A stretch of 64,000 nt of DNA from Scyliorhinus canicula (taxonomy: Eukaryota), in the NCBI RefSeq assembly GCF_902713615.1, contig NC_052158.1, positions 41,345,729 to 41,409,728 on the forward strand. Direction: 5' to 3'. The position numbers and the translations under genes are program-made. Below the pieces are notes generated by a model, which saw only the letters and a list, made by a program, of their open reading frames with translations, ran no database searches and was not told where the DNA came from. This document shows, piece by piece, positions 35,700 through 49,232 of the stretch; position 1 is the stretch's first letter, and each line of letters opens with the position of its first letter.

Positions 35700-38600
35700 C
35701 CACCTCCTGCCCCAACCCCCCCGACTGCCCCATCCCCCGACTGCCCCAACCCCCCAACAGCCCCATCCCCCCGACTGCCCCATCCCCCCCCGACTGCCCC
35801 ATCGCCCCGACTGCCCCATCCCCCTCCCGACAGCCCCATCGCCCCGACTGCCCCATCCCCCCCACATCCCCATCCCCCCGACTGCCCCAACTCCCCGACT
35901 GCCCCAACCCCCGACTGCCCCAACCCCCCGACTGCCCCATCCCCCCGACTGCCCCAACCCCCCGACTGCCCCATCCCCCCGACTGCCCCAACCCCCCGAC
36001 TGCCCCATCCCCCCGACTGCCCCATCCCCCCGACTGCCCCAACCCCCCGACTGCCCCATCCCCCCGACTGCCCCAACCCCCCGACTGCCCCAACCCCCGA
36101 CTGCCCCACCCCCCCGACTGCCCCATCCCCCCGACTGCCCAACCCCCCGACTGCCCCATCCCCCCGACTGCTCAACCCCCCGACTGCCCCACACCCCCGA
36201 CTGCCCCAACCCCCCGACTGCCCAACCCCCCGACTGCCCCAACTCCCCGAATGCCCCATCCCCCGACTGCCCCAACCCCCCGACTGCCCCAACCCACAAA
36301 CTGCCCCATCCCCCCGACTGCCCCATCCCCCTGACTGCCCCATCCCCCCCAACTGCCCAACCCCCGACTGCCCCATCCCCCTCCCGACAGCCTGATCTCC
36401 CCCCCAACTGCCCAACACCCGACTGCCCCAACCCCCCGACTGCCCCATTCACTCGACTGCCCCATCCCCCTGACTGCCCCAAACCCCCGACTGTCCCATC
36501 CCCCCGACTGCCCCATCCCCCCGACTGCCCCATCCCCCGACTGCCCCAACCCCCCGACTGCCCCATCCCCCCGACTGCCCATCCCCCCGACTGCCCCACC
36601 CCCCGACTGCCCCAACCCCCCCGACTGCCCCATCCCCCGACTACCCCAACCCCCCGACTGCCCCAACCCCCCGATTGCCCCATCCCCCGACTGCCCCATC
36701 CCCCCGACTGCCCCAACCCCCGACTGCCCCATCCCCCCGACTGCCCCATCCCCCGACTGCCCCAACTCCCCGACTGCCCCATCCCCCCGACTGCCCCAAC
36801 CCCCCGACTGCCCCAACCCCCCGACTGCCCCAACCCCCCGACTGCCCCAACCCCCCGACTGCCCCATCCACCCGACTGCCCCAACCCCCCGACTGCCCCA
36901 TCCCCCCGAATGCCCCATCCCCCCGACTGCCCCATCCACCCGACTGCCCCATCTCCCCGACTGCCCCATCCCCCCCGACTGCCCCAACTCCCCGACTGCC
37001 CCATCCCCCCGACTGCCCCAACCCTCCGACTGCCCCAACCCCCCGACTGCCCCAACACCCCGACTGCCCCATCCCCCCGACTGCCCCATCCCCCCGACTG
37101 CCCCATCCCCCCGACTGCCCCAACCCCCCGACTGCTCCACCCCCCGACTGTCCCATCCCCCGACTACCCCAACCCCCGACTGCCCCAACCCCCCCGATTG
37201 CCCAATCCCCCCCGACTGCCCCAACCCCCCGACTGCCCAACCCCCTGACTGCCCCATCCCCCTGACTGCCCCATCCCCCCGACTGCCCCATCCCCCCGAC
37301 TGCCCCAACCCCCCGACTGCCCCATCCCCCCGACTGCCCCAACCTCCGACTGCCCCGTCCCCCCGACTACCCCATCCCCCGACTGCCCTAACCCCCCAAC
37401 TGCCCCATCCCCCGACTGCCCCAACCCCCCCGACTTCCCCATTCCCCCCGACTGCCCCATCCCCCCGACTGCACCAACTACCCCGACTGCCCCATCCCCC
37501 CCCGACTGCCCCATCCCCCCAGACTGCCCAACCCCCCGACTGCTCCATCCCCCGACTGCCCCATACCCCCGACTGCCCCAACCCTCCAACCCCCCAACTG
37601 CCCCATCCCCCCGACTGCCTCATCCACCCGACTTCCCCATCCCCCCGACTGCCCCATCCCCCCCGACTGCCCCAACTCCCCGACTGCCCCATCCCCCCGA
37701 CTGCCCCAACCCTCCGACTGCCCCAACCCCCCGACTGCCCCAACACCCCGACTGCCCCATCCCCCCGACTGCCCCATCCCCCCGACTGCCCCATCCCCCC
37801 GACTGCCCCAACCCCCCGACTGCTCCACCCCCCGACTGTCCCATCCCCCGACTGCCCCAACCCCCCAACTGCCCCAACCCCCCGATTGCCCCAATCCCCC
37901 CCGACTGCCCCAACCCCCGACTGCCCCATCCCCCCGACTGCCCCATCCCCCGACTGCCCCAACCCCCCGACTGCCCCAACCCCCCGACTGCCCCAATCCC
38001 CCCGACTGCCCCAACCCCCCGACTGCCCATCCACCCGACTGCCCCACCCCCCGACTGCCCCAACCCCCCGACTGCCCCATACCCCCCGACTGCCCCAACC
38101 CCCCGACTGCCCCATTCACCCCGACTGCCCCAACCCCCCGACTGCCCCATCCCCCCGACTGCCCCATACCCCCGACTTCCCCAACCCCCCCGACTGCCCC
38201 ACCCCCCGACTGCCCCACCCCCCGACTGCCCCATACCCCCGACTGCCCCATCCCCCCGACTGCCCCATCCCCCCGACTACCCCAACCCCCCGACTGCCCC
38301 AACCCCCTGACTGCCCCATACCCCCGACTGCCCCAAACCCCCCTGACTGCCCCAACCCCCCGACTGCCCCACCCCCCCGACTGCCCCATACCCCCGATTG
38401 CCCCATCCCCCCGACTGCCCCATACCCCCGACTGCCCCAACCCCCCGATTGCCCCATCCCCGACTGCCCCATCCCCCCGACTGCCCCAACCCCCGACTGC
38501 CCCATCCCCCCGACTGCCCCATCCCCCGACTGCCCCCAACCCCCCGACTGCCCCATCCCCCCGACTGCCCCAACCCCCGACTGCCCCAACCCCCCGACTG

Positions 38601-39004
38601 CCCCAACCCCCCGACTGCCCCAACCCCCCGACTGCCCCATCCACCCGACTGCCCCAACCCCCCGACTGCCCATCCCCCCGACTGCCCCATCCCCCCGACT
38701 GCCCCATCCACCCGACTGCCCCATCCCCCCGACTGCCCCCACCCCCCCGACTGCCCCAACCCCCCCGACTGCCCCATCCCCCCGACTGCCCCAACCCCCC
38801 CGACTGCCCCAACCCCCCGACTGCCCCATCCCCCGACTGCCCCATCCCCCGACTGCCCCATCCCCCCGACTGCCCCATCCCCCGACTGCCCCATCCCCCC
38901 GACGGCTCCACCCCCCGACTGCCCCATCCCCCGACTGCCCCACCCCCCGACTGCCCCAACCCCCCGACTGCCCAATCCCCCCCGACTGCCCAACCCCCCG
39001 ACTG
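35700..39004. repeat. 17-18 bp C-rich minisatellite
   Basis: Unit cccgactgccccatcc(c)c / cccgactgccccaacc(c)c; runs into the N gap. Confidence 0.97.
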
Positions 39005-39504
39005 NNNNNNNNNNNNNNNNNNNNNNNNNNNNNNNNNNNNNNNNNNNNNNNNNNNNNNNNNNNNNNNNNNNNNNNNNNNNNNNNNNNNNNNNNNNNNNNN
39101 NNNNNNNNNNNNNNNNNNNNNNNNNNNNNNNNNNNNNNNNNNNNNNNNNNNNNNNNNNNNNNNNNNNNNNNNNNNNNNNNNNNNNNNNNNNNNNNNNNNN
39201 NNNNNNNNNNNNNNNNNNNNNNNNNNNNNNNNNNNNNNNNNNNNNNNNNNNNNNNNNNNNNNNNNNNNNNNNNNNNNNNNNNNNNNNNNNNNNNNNNNNN
39301 NNNNNNNNNNNNNNNNNNNNNNNNNNNNNNNNNNNNNNNNNNNNNNNNNNNNNNNNNNNNNNNNNNNNNNNNNNNNNNNNNNNNNNNNNNNNNNNNNNNN
39401 NNNNNNNNNNNNNNNNNNNNNNNNNNNNNNNNNNNNNNNNNNNNNNNNNNNNNNNNNNNNNNNNNNNNNNNNNNNNNNNNNNNNNNNNNNNNNNNNNNNN
39501 NNNN
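39005..39504. other. Assembly gap (500 N)
   Basis: Run of N between two different tandem arrays. Confidence 1.
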
Positions 39505-42500
39505 CCCTCCTACACCTGGGACACTCTCTCCTTACACCCCTCCTACACCTGGGACACTCTCCTTACACCCCTCCTACACCTGGGACACTCTCTCCTTACA
39601 CCCCTCCTACACCTGGGACACTCTCTCCTTACACCCCTCCTACACCTGGGACACTCTCCTTACACCCCTCCTACACCTGGGACACTCTCTCCTTACACCC
39701 CTCCTACACCTGGGACACTCCTTACACCCCTCCTACACCTGGGACACTCTCGCCTTACACCCCTCCCGCACCTGGGACACTCTCTCCTTACACCCCTCCT
39801 ACACCTGGGACACTCTCCCCTTACACCACTCCTACACCTGGGACACTCTCTCCTTACACCCCTCCTACACCTGGGACACTCCTTACACCCCTCCTACACC
39901 TGGGACACTCCCTTACACCCCTCCTACACCTGGGACACTCCTTACACCCCTTCTACACCTGGGACACTCTCTCCTTACACCCCTCCTACACCTGGGACAC
40001 TCTCTCCTTACACCCCTCCTACACCTGGGACACTCTCTCCTTACACCCCTCCTACACCTGGGACACTCTCTCCTTACACCCCTCCTACACCTGGGACACT
40101 CCTTACACCCCTCCTACACCTGGGACACTCCTTACACCCCTCCTGCACCTGGGACACTCTCGCCTTACACCCCTCCTACACCTGGGACACTCTCCTTACA
40201 CCCCTCCTACACCTGGGACACTCCTTACACCCCTCCTACACCTGACACTCTCTCCTTACACCCCTCCTACACCTGGGACACTCTCTCTTACACCCCTTCT
40301 ACACCTGGGACACTCTCTCCTTACACCCCTCCTACACCTGGGACACTCTCTCCTTACACCCCTCCTACACCTGGAACACTCTCGCCTTACACCCCTCCTA
40401 CACCTGGGACATTCTCTTCTTACACCCCTCCTACACCTGGGACACTCCTTACACCCCTCCTACACCTGGGACACTCTCTCCTTACCCCCTCCTACACCTG
40501 GGCACTCCTTACACCCCTCCACACCTGGGACACTCTCTCCTTACACCCCCCCTACACCTGGGACACTCTCTCCTTACACCCCTCCTACACCTGGGACACT
40601 CTCTTCTTACACCCCTTCTACACCTGGGACACTCTCTCCTTACACCCCTCCTACACCTGGACACTCTCTCCTTACACCCCTCCTACACCTGGGACACTCT
40701 CTCCTTACACCCCTCCTACACCTGGGACACTCTCTCCTTACACCCCTCCTACACCTGGGACACCCCTTACACCCCTCCTACACCTGGGACACTCTCTCCT
40801 TACACCCCTCCTACACCTGGGACACTCTCTCCTTACACCCCTCCTACACCTGGGACACTCTCTCCTTACACCCCTCCTACACCTGGACACTCCCCCTCCT
40901 ACACCTGGGACACTCTCTCCTTACACCCCTCCTACCCCTGGGACACTCTCTCCTTACACCCCTCCTACACCTGGGACACTCTCTCCTTACACCCCTCCTA
41001 CACCTGGAACACTCTCTCCTTACACCCCTCCTACACCTGGGACACTCTCTCCTTACACCCCTCCTACACCTGGGACACTCCTTACACCCCTCCTACACCT
41101 GGGACACTCTCTCCTTACACCCCTCCTACACCTGGGACACTCTCTCCTTACACCCCTCCTGCACCTGGACACTCTCTCCTTACACCCCTCCTACACCTGG
41201 GACACTCCTTACACCCCCCTCCTACACCTGGGACACTCTCTCCTTACACCCTCTACACCTGGGACACTCCTTACACCCCTCCTACACCTGGGACACTCCT
41301 TACACCCCTCCTGCACCTGGGACACTCTCTCCTTACACCCCTCCTACACCTGGGACACTCCTTACACCCCTCCTACACCTGGGACACTCTCTCCTTACAC
41401 CCCTCCTACACCTGGGACACTCTCTCCTTACACCCCTCCTACACCTGGGACACTCTCTCCTACACCCCTCCTACACCTGGGACACTCCTTACACCCCTCC
41501 TACACCTGGGACACTCCGTTACACCTCCTCCTACACCTGGGACACTCTCACCTTACACCCCTCCTACACCTGGACACTCTCTCCTTACACCCCTCCTACA
41601 CCTGGGACACTCTCTCCTTACACCCCTCCTACACCTGGGACAACCTCTCTGCCTTACACCCATTCCAACACCTGGAACACTCTCGCCTTACACCCCTCCT
41701 ACACCTGGACACTACTTACACCCCTCCTACACCTGGGACACTCTCGCCTTACACCCCTCCTACACCTGGGACACTCTCTCCTTACACCCCTCCTACACCT
41801 GGGACACTCCTTACACCCCTCCTACACCTGGGACACTCTCTCCTTACACCCCTCCTACACCTGGAACTCCTTACACCCCTCCTACCCTGGGACACTCTCC
41901 GCCTTACACCCTCCTACACCTGGGACACCTCTCTCCTTACACCCCTCCTACCCTGGGACACTCTCTCCTTACACCCCTCCTACACCTGGGACACTCTCTC
42001 CTTACACCCCTCCTGCACCTGGGACACTCTCTCCTTACACCCCTCCTACACCTGGGACACTCTCTCCTTACACCCCTCCTACCCCGGGACACTCCTTACA
42101 CCCCTCCTACACCTGGGACACTCCTTACACCCCTCCTACACCTGGGACACTCTCTCCTTACACCCCTCCTACACCTGGGACACTCTCTCCTTCCACCCCT
42201 CCTACACCTGGGACACTCCTTACACCCCGCCTACACCTGGGACACTCTCTCCTTACACCCCTCCTACACCTGGGACACTCTCTCCTTACACCCCTCCTAC
42301 ACCTGGGACACTCCTTACACCCCTCCTACACCTGGGCACTCCTTACACCCACTCCTACACCTGGGACACTCCTTACACCCCTCCTACACCTGGGACACTC
42401 TCTCCTTACACCCCTCCTACACCTGGGACACTCCTTACACCCCTCCTACACCTGGGACACTCCTTACACCCCTCCTACACCTGGGACACTCCTTACACCC

Positions 42501-43180
42501 CTCCTACACCTGGGACACTCTCTCCTTACACCCCTCCTACACCTGGGACACTCTCTCCTTACACCCCTCCTACACCTGGGACACTCCTTACACCCCTCCT
42601 ACACCTGGGACACTCTCTCCTTACACCCCTCCTACACCTGGGACACTCTCTCCTTACACCCCGCCTACACCGGGACACTCTCTCCTTACACCCCTCCTAC
42701 ACCTGGGACCCTCTCTCCTTACATCCCTCCTACACCTGGGACACTCTCTCCTTACATCCCTCCTACACCTGGGACACTCTCTCCTTACACCCCTCCTACA
42801 CCTGGGACACTCTCTCCTTTCACCCCTCCTACACCTGGGACACTCTCTCCTTACACCCTCCTGCACCTGGGACACTCCTTACACCCCTCCTACACCTGGG
42901 ACACTCTCTCCTTACACCCCTCCTACACCTGGGACACTCTCTCCTTTCACCCCTCCTACACCTGGTACACTCTCTCCTTACACCCCTCCTACACCTGGGA
43001 CACCCCTTACACCCCTCCTACACCTGGGACACTCTCTCCTTACACCCCTCCTACACCTGGGACACTCCTCACAACCCTCCTGCACCTGGGACACTCTCTC
43101 CTTACACCCCTTCCACACCTGGGACACCTCTTACACCTCTCCTACACCTGGGACACTCTCTCCTTACACCCCTCCTACAC
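39505..43180. repeat. 29/31/33-bp minisatellite
   Basis: Unit cccctcctacacctgggacact(ct)nccttaca, over 110 copies. Confidence 0.97.
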
Positions 43181-43751
43181 CTTTTTAAATCAACAAATCC
43201 ACCCATTAGCCAGGGAAAAGGTCCCAAAATTCCACCACGAGCGGGAGCTACTAAATGTGCTCCACCACTCACACCATGACCGACACCGGAAATCTCCGTG
43301 TGTGATTTATTCTGAATAGTTAAGTGTTTTTGCGTGTGCAACGTGTCTGTGTGACAACTGTTTATAGGGTTGTGTTTAGTGTACATGATTATGTGCATGA
43401 TAATGTCTGCATCAGTTTGAGTGCGAGGTTGCTTGTTTGCAAGTGTGAATGCACAGGAATGTAGCTGTAAGTGTGACTTGTGTGTTTTCATGTGAGATTA
43501 TGTATTTGTAAGTGTGTCCAAGGGATTATGTGTATAGGAATGAGTGTATGTTTGTGTAATTATGAGATTTACATACATGTCGTCAGGAGTGAGTGTGTGC
43601 CAGTGTGCGTGTGAGAATTATTGTGTGTGTGTATGTATATGCAGTGGTGTTTGGCATATTGCGATTGTCACTCAAATAAAAGGTAGTTGTTATGTTAATT
43701 ATGTTAGTTAGCTCTCGGGCTGTCACATGACTTATGATTTCTGAGAGCTAT

Positions 43752-43842
43752 TTCTGGGAAATTGCGTAACAGAAAGTCCCCGAGTCCAGTGAGCTAAACA
43801 ATACAGGGCACAATGCCACATCTTACAGTCTGACCAACCAAT
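43752..43842. promoter_or_regulatory. Candidate STAT/NF-kB/CCAAT regulatory cluster
   Basis: TTCTGGGAA 43752-43760; GAAAGTCCCC 43772-43781; CCAAT 43838-43842. Confidence 0.3.
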
Positions 43843-44412
43843 AGAAAATCGACAGTCCATTGTGTCAGCAGTTACTGGGTAAACCCTGTGAATTACTGTC
43901 TGCTCTGCCCGACATGCCATTTCGCCATACTCCCCTCACCCCCTCCACACAGGGCTAATCAAAGGCAGCATATGAAGGCCATCCCAAAACCTCTTTCTTC
44001 TCTGTTCCTCATCCTCATTACTCTCTGCCAGATGCAGAGGGGTCTTGCCAGACTGGTTGTGGAGAGAATGTTTCCTCTTGTGAGAGAACCATGAACTGGG
44101 TCCACTGTTTTAAAAGAAGGGTTTTCCTATTTAAAACTTGTAGTGATATAACCACTGTAGTGATGTGTACTTGCAGTAGGGGGATGTATGCCTGGACTTG
44201 TAATTCAGGTTCCTCGGGTAAGCCCCTGCCGGCTAGCTCCGCCCACAGGGAGCTTGTGTATAAATATGCATGTGAGTCACTCAGACCCTAGTCTACAGTT
44301 GCAGATGGAGGAATAGCATCGCACAGCAATAAAGCCTCTATTGTACTACTCCCTCGTCTTTGAGTATAATTGTTAGAACCACAATTTATTGCTGTGTGAT
44401 TTTCCGTTCACC

Positions 44413-47400
44413 ATGGACATCAGAATCAAGCCTGACCGTCTGCAGCTGGATCCGCAGTCGCCTCACGCCACAAAAGACTTCGTTCACTGGCTGGCAGTCT
44501 TCGAGGCCTACATCTCTTCAGCGGACCCTCCCCCGACGGAGGCTCAGAAAAAGCAACTCCGGTACTCCAGACTTAGCTCCAGTGTCTTTCCACTAATTTG
44601 AGATGCGACTGACTACACCACAGCTATGGAACTGCTCAAGGAGAACTATGCACCATCGGCGAACACCCTGTTTGCGAGGCATCAACTCTCTACTCGCGTC
44701 CAGCAGCCGGGTGAGTCGATTGAGGACTTCTGGAGGGCCCTTATACCTCTGGTACGAGACTGCGACTGCCGGGCCCTCAGAGCCACGGAACACTCTGATT
44801 TACTCATGCGCGATGCCTTTGTTACAGGCATTGCATCGGACCCCATCCGGCAACAACTGTTGGAAGGGGCCGCCCCCGACCTCGCGGACGCAAAGGCTCT
44901 GGCTTTTTCCATGATGGCCGCCTCCCGTAGTGCGCGGTCTTACTCCGCTAGCCACTCGGCCCACCCGTCCTACCACTCGTGGACCATGCAAACGGCCCCC
45001 CAGGCCCACCCGTCCTACCCCTCGTGGACCCCGCAAATGGCCCCCCCCAGCAGCCACCCCCGCGCACTACGCCTGCGCTGCTCGCCGCATCGCGCTCCCT
45101 GGGTGTCCCCACTGTTACTTTTGTGGTCAGCAGAAGCACCCCCGCCAGCGCTGCCCGGCCCGCACTGCGACCTGCAAAGCTTGTGGCAAGAAAAGCCACT
45201 TTGCAGCGGTGTGTTAGTCCCGGATGGTTGCCGCTATCGCTTCCCCGGTCCCCTCGCCTCAACCGCTCGCACAATGGGCCCCGCCGTCCGCTTCCCCCGA
45301 CCCCACGTGCGATCAGTGGGCGCCGCCATCTTTCACCGCCCCACCACGTGCGCTTCGTGGGCGCTGCCATCTTCATCCACCACCGCCATGTGCGTTCCAT
45401 GGGCGCCGACATTTTGTCCCGACCCCACAACGTGTGCTCCATGGGCGCTGCCATTTTACCCACAGGTACTCCAGACACTACCATTTTGTCCACCCCCGGG
45501 ACGGGGCCATGGGACATGGGTCGCTACTGCTCCTCGCCAGACTCATCTGACTCGACCACTGATTGCCTGCTACTCGCCTCCGTTACGCTCGACCGTCGCG
45601 TCCTCGCAACCTGGCACCCTCTTCCGCATCGGTGCTGGTCAACGGCCACGTGACCTCCTGCCTCATCAACTCCGGGAGCACCGAGAGCTTCGTCCACCCA
45701 GACACGGTAAGGCGCTATGCCCTTGCGGTCCATCCCGCCAACCGGCAGATCTCTCTCGCCTCCGGGTCCCACTCTGTCCCGATCCGGGGTTTCTGCCTGG
45801 TTAAACTTACTGTGCAGGGCGTGGTATTCGACCGTTTCCGTCTGTACATTCTCCCCAACCTCTGCGCGTCACTCTTACTGGGCCTGGATTTCCAGTGCAA
45901 TCTCCAGAGCCTCACCCTCAAATTCGGCGGACCCCTACCTCCCCTCACCGTTTGCGGCCTCGCGACCCTCAAGGTCGAGCCCCCCTCCCTCTTTGCCAAT
46001 CTGACTGTGGATTGCAAGCCCGTCGCCACCAGGAGCAGACGGTACAGCACCCAGGACAAGGCCTTCATCAGGTCCGAAGTCCAGCGGCTGCTTCGGGAGG
46101 GTATCATCGAGGCCAGCAATAGCCCTTGGAGAGCCCAGGTGGTAGTGGTTAAGACAGGGGAGAAGCACAGGATGGTCGTGGACTACAGCCAGACCATCAA
46201 CCGATACACGCAGCTCGATGCGTACCCCCGCCCCCGCATATCTGATATGGTCAATCAGATTGCACAGTACTGGGCCTTCTCTACTATTGACCTGAAATCC
46301 GCCTACCACCAGCTCCCCATCCGTTAATCGGACCATCCCTACACTGCCTTCGAGGCAGACGGTCGTCTGTACCAATTTCTGAGGGTTCCCTTCGGCGTCA
46401 CGAATGGAGTCTCGGTATTTCAACGAGAAATGGACCGAGTGGTTGACCGGTACGGACTGCAGGCCACCTTCCGGTACCTCGACAATGCCACCATCTGCAG
46501 CCATGACCAGCAGGACCATGATGCCAACCTTTCTAAATTCCTCCACACCGCATCTCTCCTTAATCTCACGTACAACAAGGAGAAGTGCGTGTTCCGCACA
46601 GACCGCTTAGCCATCCTCGGCTACGTTGTCCAAAACGGACTACTGGGGCCCGACCCCGACCGCATGCGCCCCCTCATGGAGCTCCCCCTCCCCCACTGCC
46701 CCAAGGCCCTCAAACGCTGCCTTGGGTTCTTTTCTTATTTCGCCCAGTGGGTCCCACAATATGCTGGCAAGGCCCGCCCACTTATCCAGTCCACACATTT
46801 TCCCCTCTCGGCCGAGGCACAACAGGCCTTCGCCTGCATTCGATCTGACATTTTTTTTTTTTTTTTAAATAAATTTAGATTAGCCAATTATTTTTTCCAA
46901 TTAAGGGGCAATTTAGCGTGGCCAATCCACCTACTCTGCACATTTTTGGGTTGTGGGGGCGAAACCCACGCAGACACGGGGAGAAGGTGCAAACTCCACA
47001 CGGACAGTGACCCAGAGCCGGGATCGAACCTGGGACCTCAGCGCCGTGAGGCGGTTGTGCTAACCACTAGGCCACCGTGCTGCCCTCATTCGATCTGACA
47101 TAGCCAGGGCCGGGATGCACGCAGTAGATGAGACACTGCCTTTCCAAGTAGAGAGCGACGCTTCAGATGTCGCCCTTGCCGCCACGCTGAATCAGGCAGG
47201 CAAACCCGTGGCATTCTTTTCACGCACCCTCCACGCCTCCGGAATCCGGCATTCCTCTGTTGAAAAGGAAGCCCAGGCAATCATTGAAGCGGTGCGGCAC
47301 TGGAGGCATTACCTGGCCGGCAGGAGATTCACTCTCCTCACTGACCAATGGTCGGTAGCCTTCATGTTCAACAACACGCAGCGGGGCAAGATCAAGAATG

Positions 47401-48400
47401 ACAAAATCCTGCGGTGGAGAATCGAGCTCTCCACCTTCAACTGCGAGATCTTGTATCACCCCGGCAAGCTCAACGAGCCCCCAGACGCCCGCTCCCGAGG
47501 TACATGTGCCAGCGCACAAGTGAACCAGCTCCGTGCCTTGCACGAGAGCCTTTGCCATCCAGGGGTCACTCGCTTGTACCATCTAATCAAAGCCCGCAAT
47601 CTGCCCTACTCCGTTGAGGAAGTATGGACAGTCACCAGAGACTGCCAGATCTGTGCCGAGTGCAAGCCGCACTTCTACCAGCCACATCGCGCGCGCCTGG
47701 TGAAAGCGTCCCGCCCCTTTGAACGCCTCAGCGTGGACTTCAAAGGGCCCCTCTCCTCCACTGACCGCAACACCTACATCCTTAGTGTGGTCGATGAATT
47801 TTCTAGGTTCCCCTTCGCCATCCCATGCCCGGATATGACGTCTGCCACCATCATCAAGGCCCTGGATTTCATTTTCGCCCTGTTCGGTTTCCCCGACTAC
47901 ATCCACAGTGACAGGGGATCCTCGTTCATGAGCGATGAGCTGCGTTATTTCCTGCTCAGCAGAGGTATCGCCTCCAGCAGGACGACCAGCTACAACCCCC
48001 GGGGAAACGGGCAGGTAGAGAAGGAGAACGGGACGGTATGGAGGGCTGTCCAGCTGGCCCTATGATCCAGGAACCTCCCAGCCGCTCGTTGGCAGCAGGT
48101 CCTCCCTGACGTGCTCCATTCCATTTGGTCACAACTGTGCACCGCAACTAACAGTACACCCCATGAACGTGTTTTTGCCTTCCCTAGGAAGTCCACATCT
48201 GGGGTGTCGCTCCCGACGTAGCTCACGACTCCGGGCCCAGTCCTTCTCCGTAGGCATGTCCGGCACCACAAGGCGGAACCCCTGGTGGACAAAGTACGCC
48301 TTCTCCACGCCAACCCTCAGTATGCCTACGTGGAGTTCCCCGACGGCCGCCGGGACACAGTCTCGCTCTGGGACCTGGCCCCCTCAGGTGCCGATTCCAT
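44413..48400 (+). pseudogene. gag-pol of the Gypsy element (stops, frameshifts, SINE insertion)
   Basis: MDIRIKPDRLQLDP gag start; tandem CCHC knuckles CYFCGQQKHPRQRC..CKACGKKSHFAAVC; LINSGS protease; RT PFG and YLDN; RH VESDASD; IN HxxxxH-CxxC, VDFKGP, HSDRG, GNGQVE. Confidence 0.95.
46852..47086 (-). mobile_element. SINE inserted in Gypsy pol with a 15-bp TSD
   Basis: TSD cattcgatctgacat at 46837-46851 and 47087-47101; poly(T) on the plus strand. Confidence 0.96.
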
Positions 48401-49232
48401 GCCCATGCCCCCTTTTCCCCCCGCGCCACCCTCCTTTTCCCCGGCGCCCCCCTATTCGTCCCCACCAGGTCCATCCCTCGTCCCCCCGCCCACACTGGAG
48501 GACACGGAAGATTTCGGCTCGCTCTCGGAAGATTTCGGCTCGCTCTCGGAGTCATCCCGCCAGCAGCCAGCACAAACACCGCCAGCACCGACGTCGCCAC
48601 CACAGCTACGCCGATCACAGCGGAACATTCGACCGTCGGTTTGGCTCAACATGTAACCTGCTGACCGGATGGACTCTTGGTTTTCTTTGTTTGGACCCTC
48701 TTGTAAATAGCTCATCCTTTGTTTTATAGTTACACGTCGCCCCTGCCGGACTCATTTTTTTTACAGGGGGTGAATATAGTGATATAACCACTGTAGTGAT
48801 GTGTACTTGCAGTAGGGAGTTGTATGCCTGTACCTGTAATACAGGTTCCTCTGGTAAGTCCCTGCAGGCTAGCTCCGCCCATAGGGAGCTTGTGTATAAA
48901 TATGCGTGTGAGTCACTCAGACCCTAGTCTACAGTTGCAGATGGAGGAATAGCATCGCACAGCAATAAATTCGCTATTGTACTACTCTCTCATCTTTGAG
49001 TATAATTGTTAACGCTGCAAAACTGAGATGAGGCAATTTTTGTTTCACTCAGAGGGTAGTGAGTCTTGTGAACTCTCTTCCTGAAAAGGTGGTGGAACGA
49101 GGGTCTTTGAATGGTCTTTAGAGGGGGATAGATTCTCAGTGAGCAAAGTGGGGGTGATAGTTTCTCGGGGGTAGGCAAAATGCAGATTAGAGGTTACAAT
49201 TATTTTAAATGGCGGCGCAGGGGCTGTTTAAC

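Larger units (their letters stand above)
44139..49019 (+). mobile_element. Full-structure Ty3/Gypsy LTR retrotransposon (Mag-like), decayed
   Basis: 245-bp LTRs 44139-44383 and 48775-49019 (about 21 mismatches by eye); TSD AAACT; PPT agggggtgaa; gag-PR-RT-RH-IN order. Confidence 0.97.
44030..49230 (+). mobile_element. CR1 3' remnant split by the Gypsy insertion (44030-44138 and 49020-49230)
   Basis: Rejoining the flanks gives tttaaaact|gagatgagg..tcactcagagggtagtgag, a CR1 3' sequence. Confidence 0.7.

Noticed and set aside
35629-43279. Very long ORFs including the 1797-aa call
   Set aside because: Stop-free C/G-rich tandem repeats read through a 500-N gap and across two unrelated arrays.
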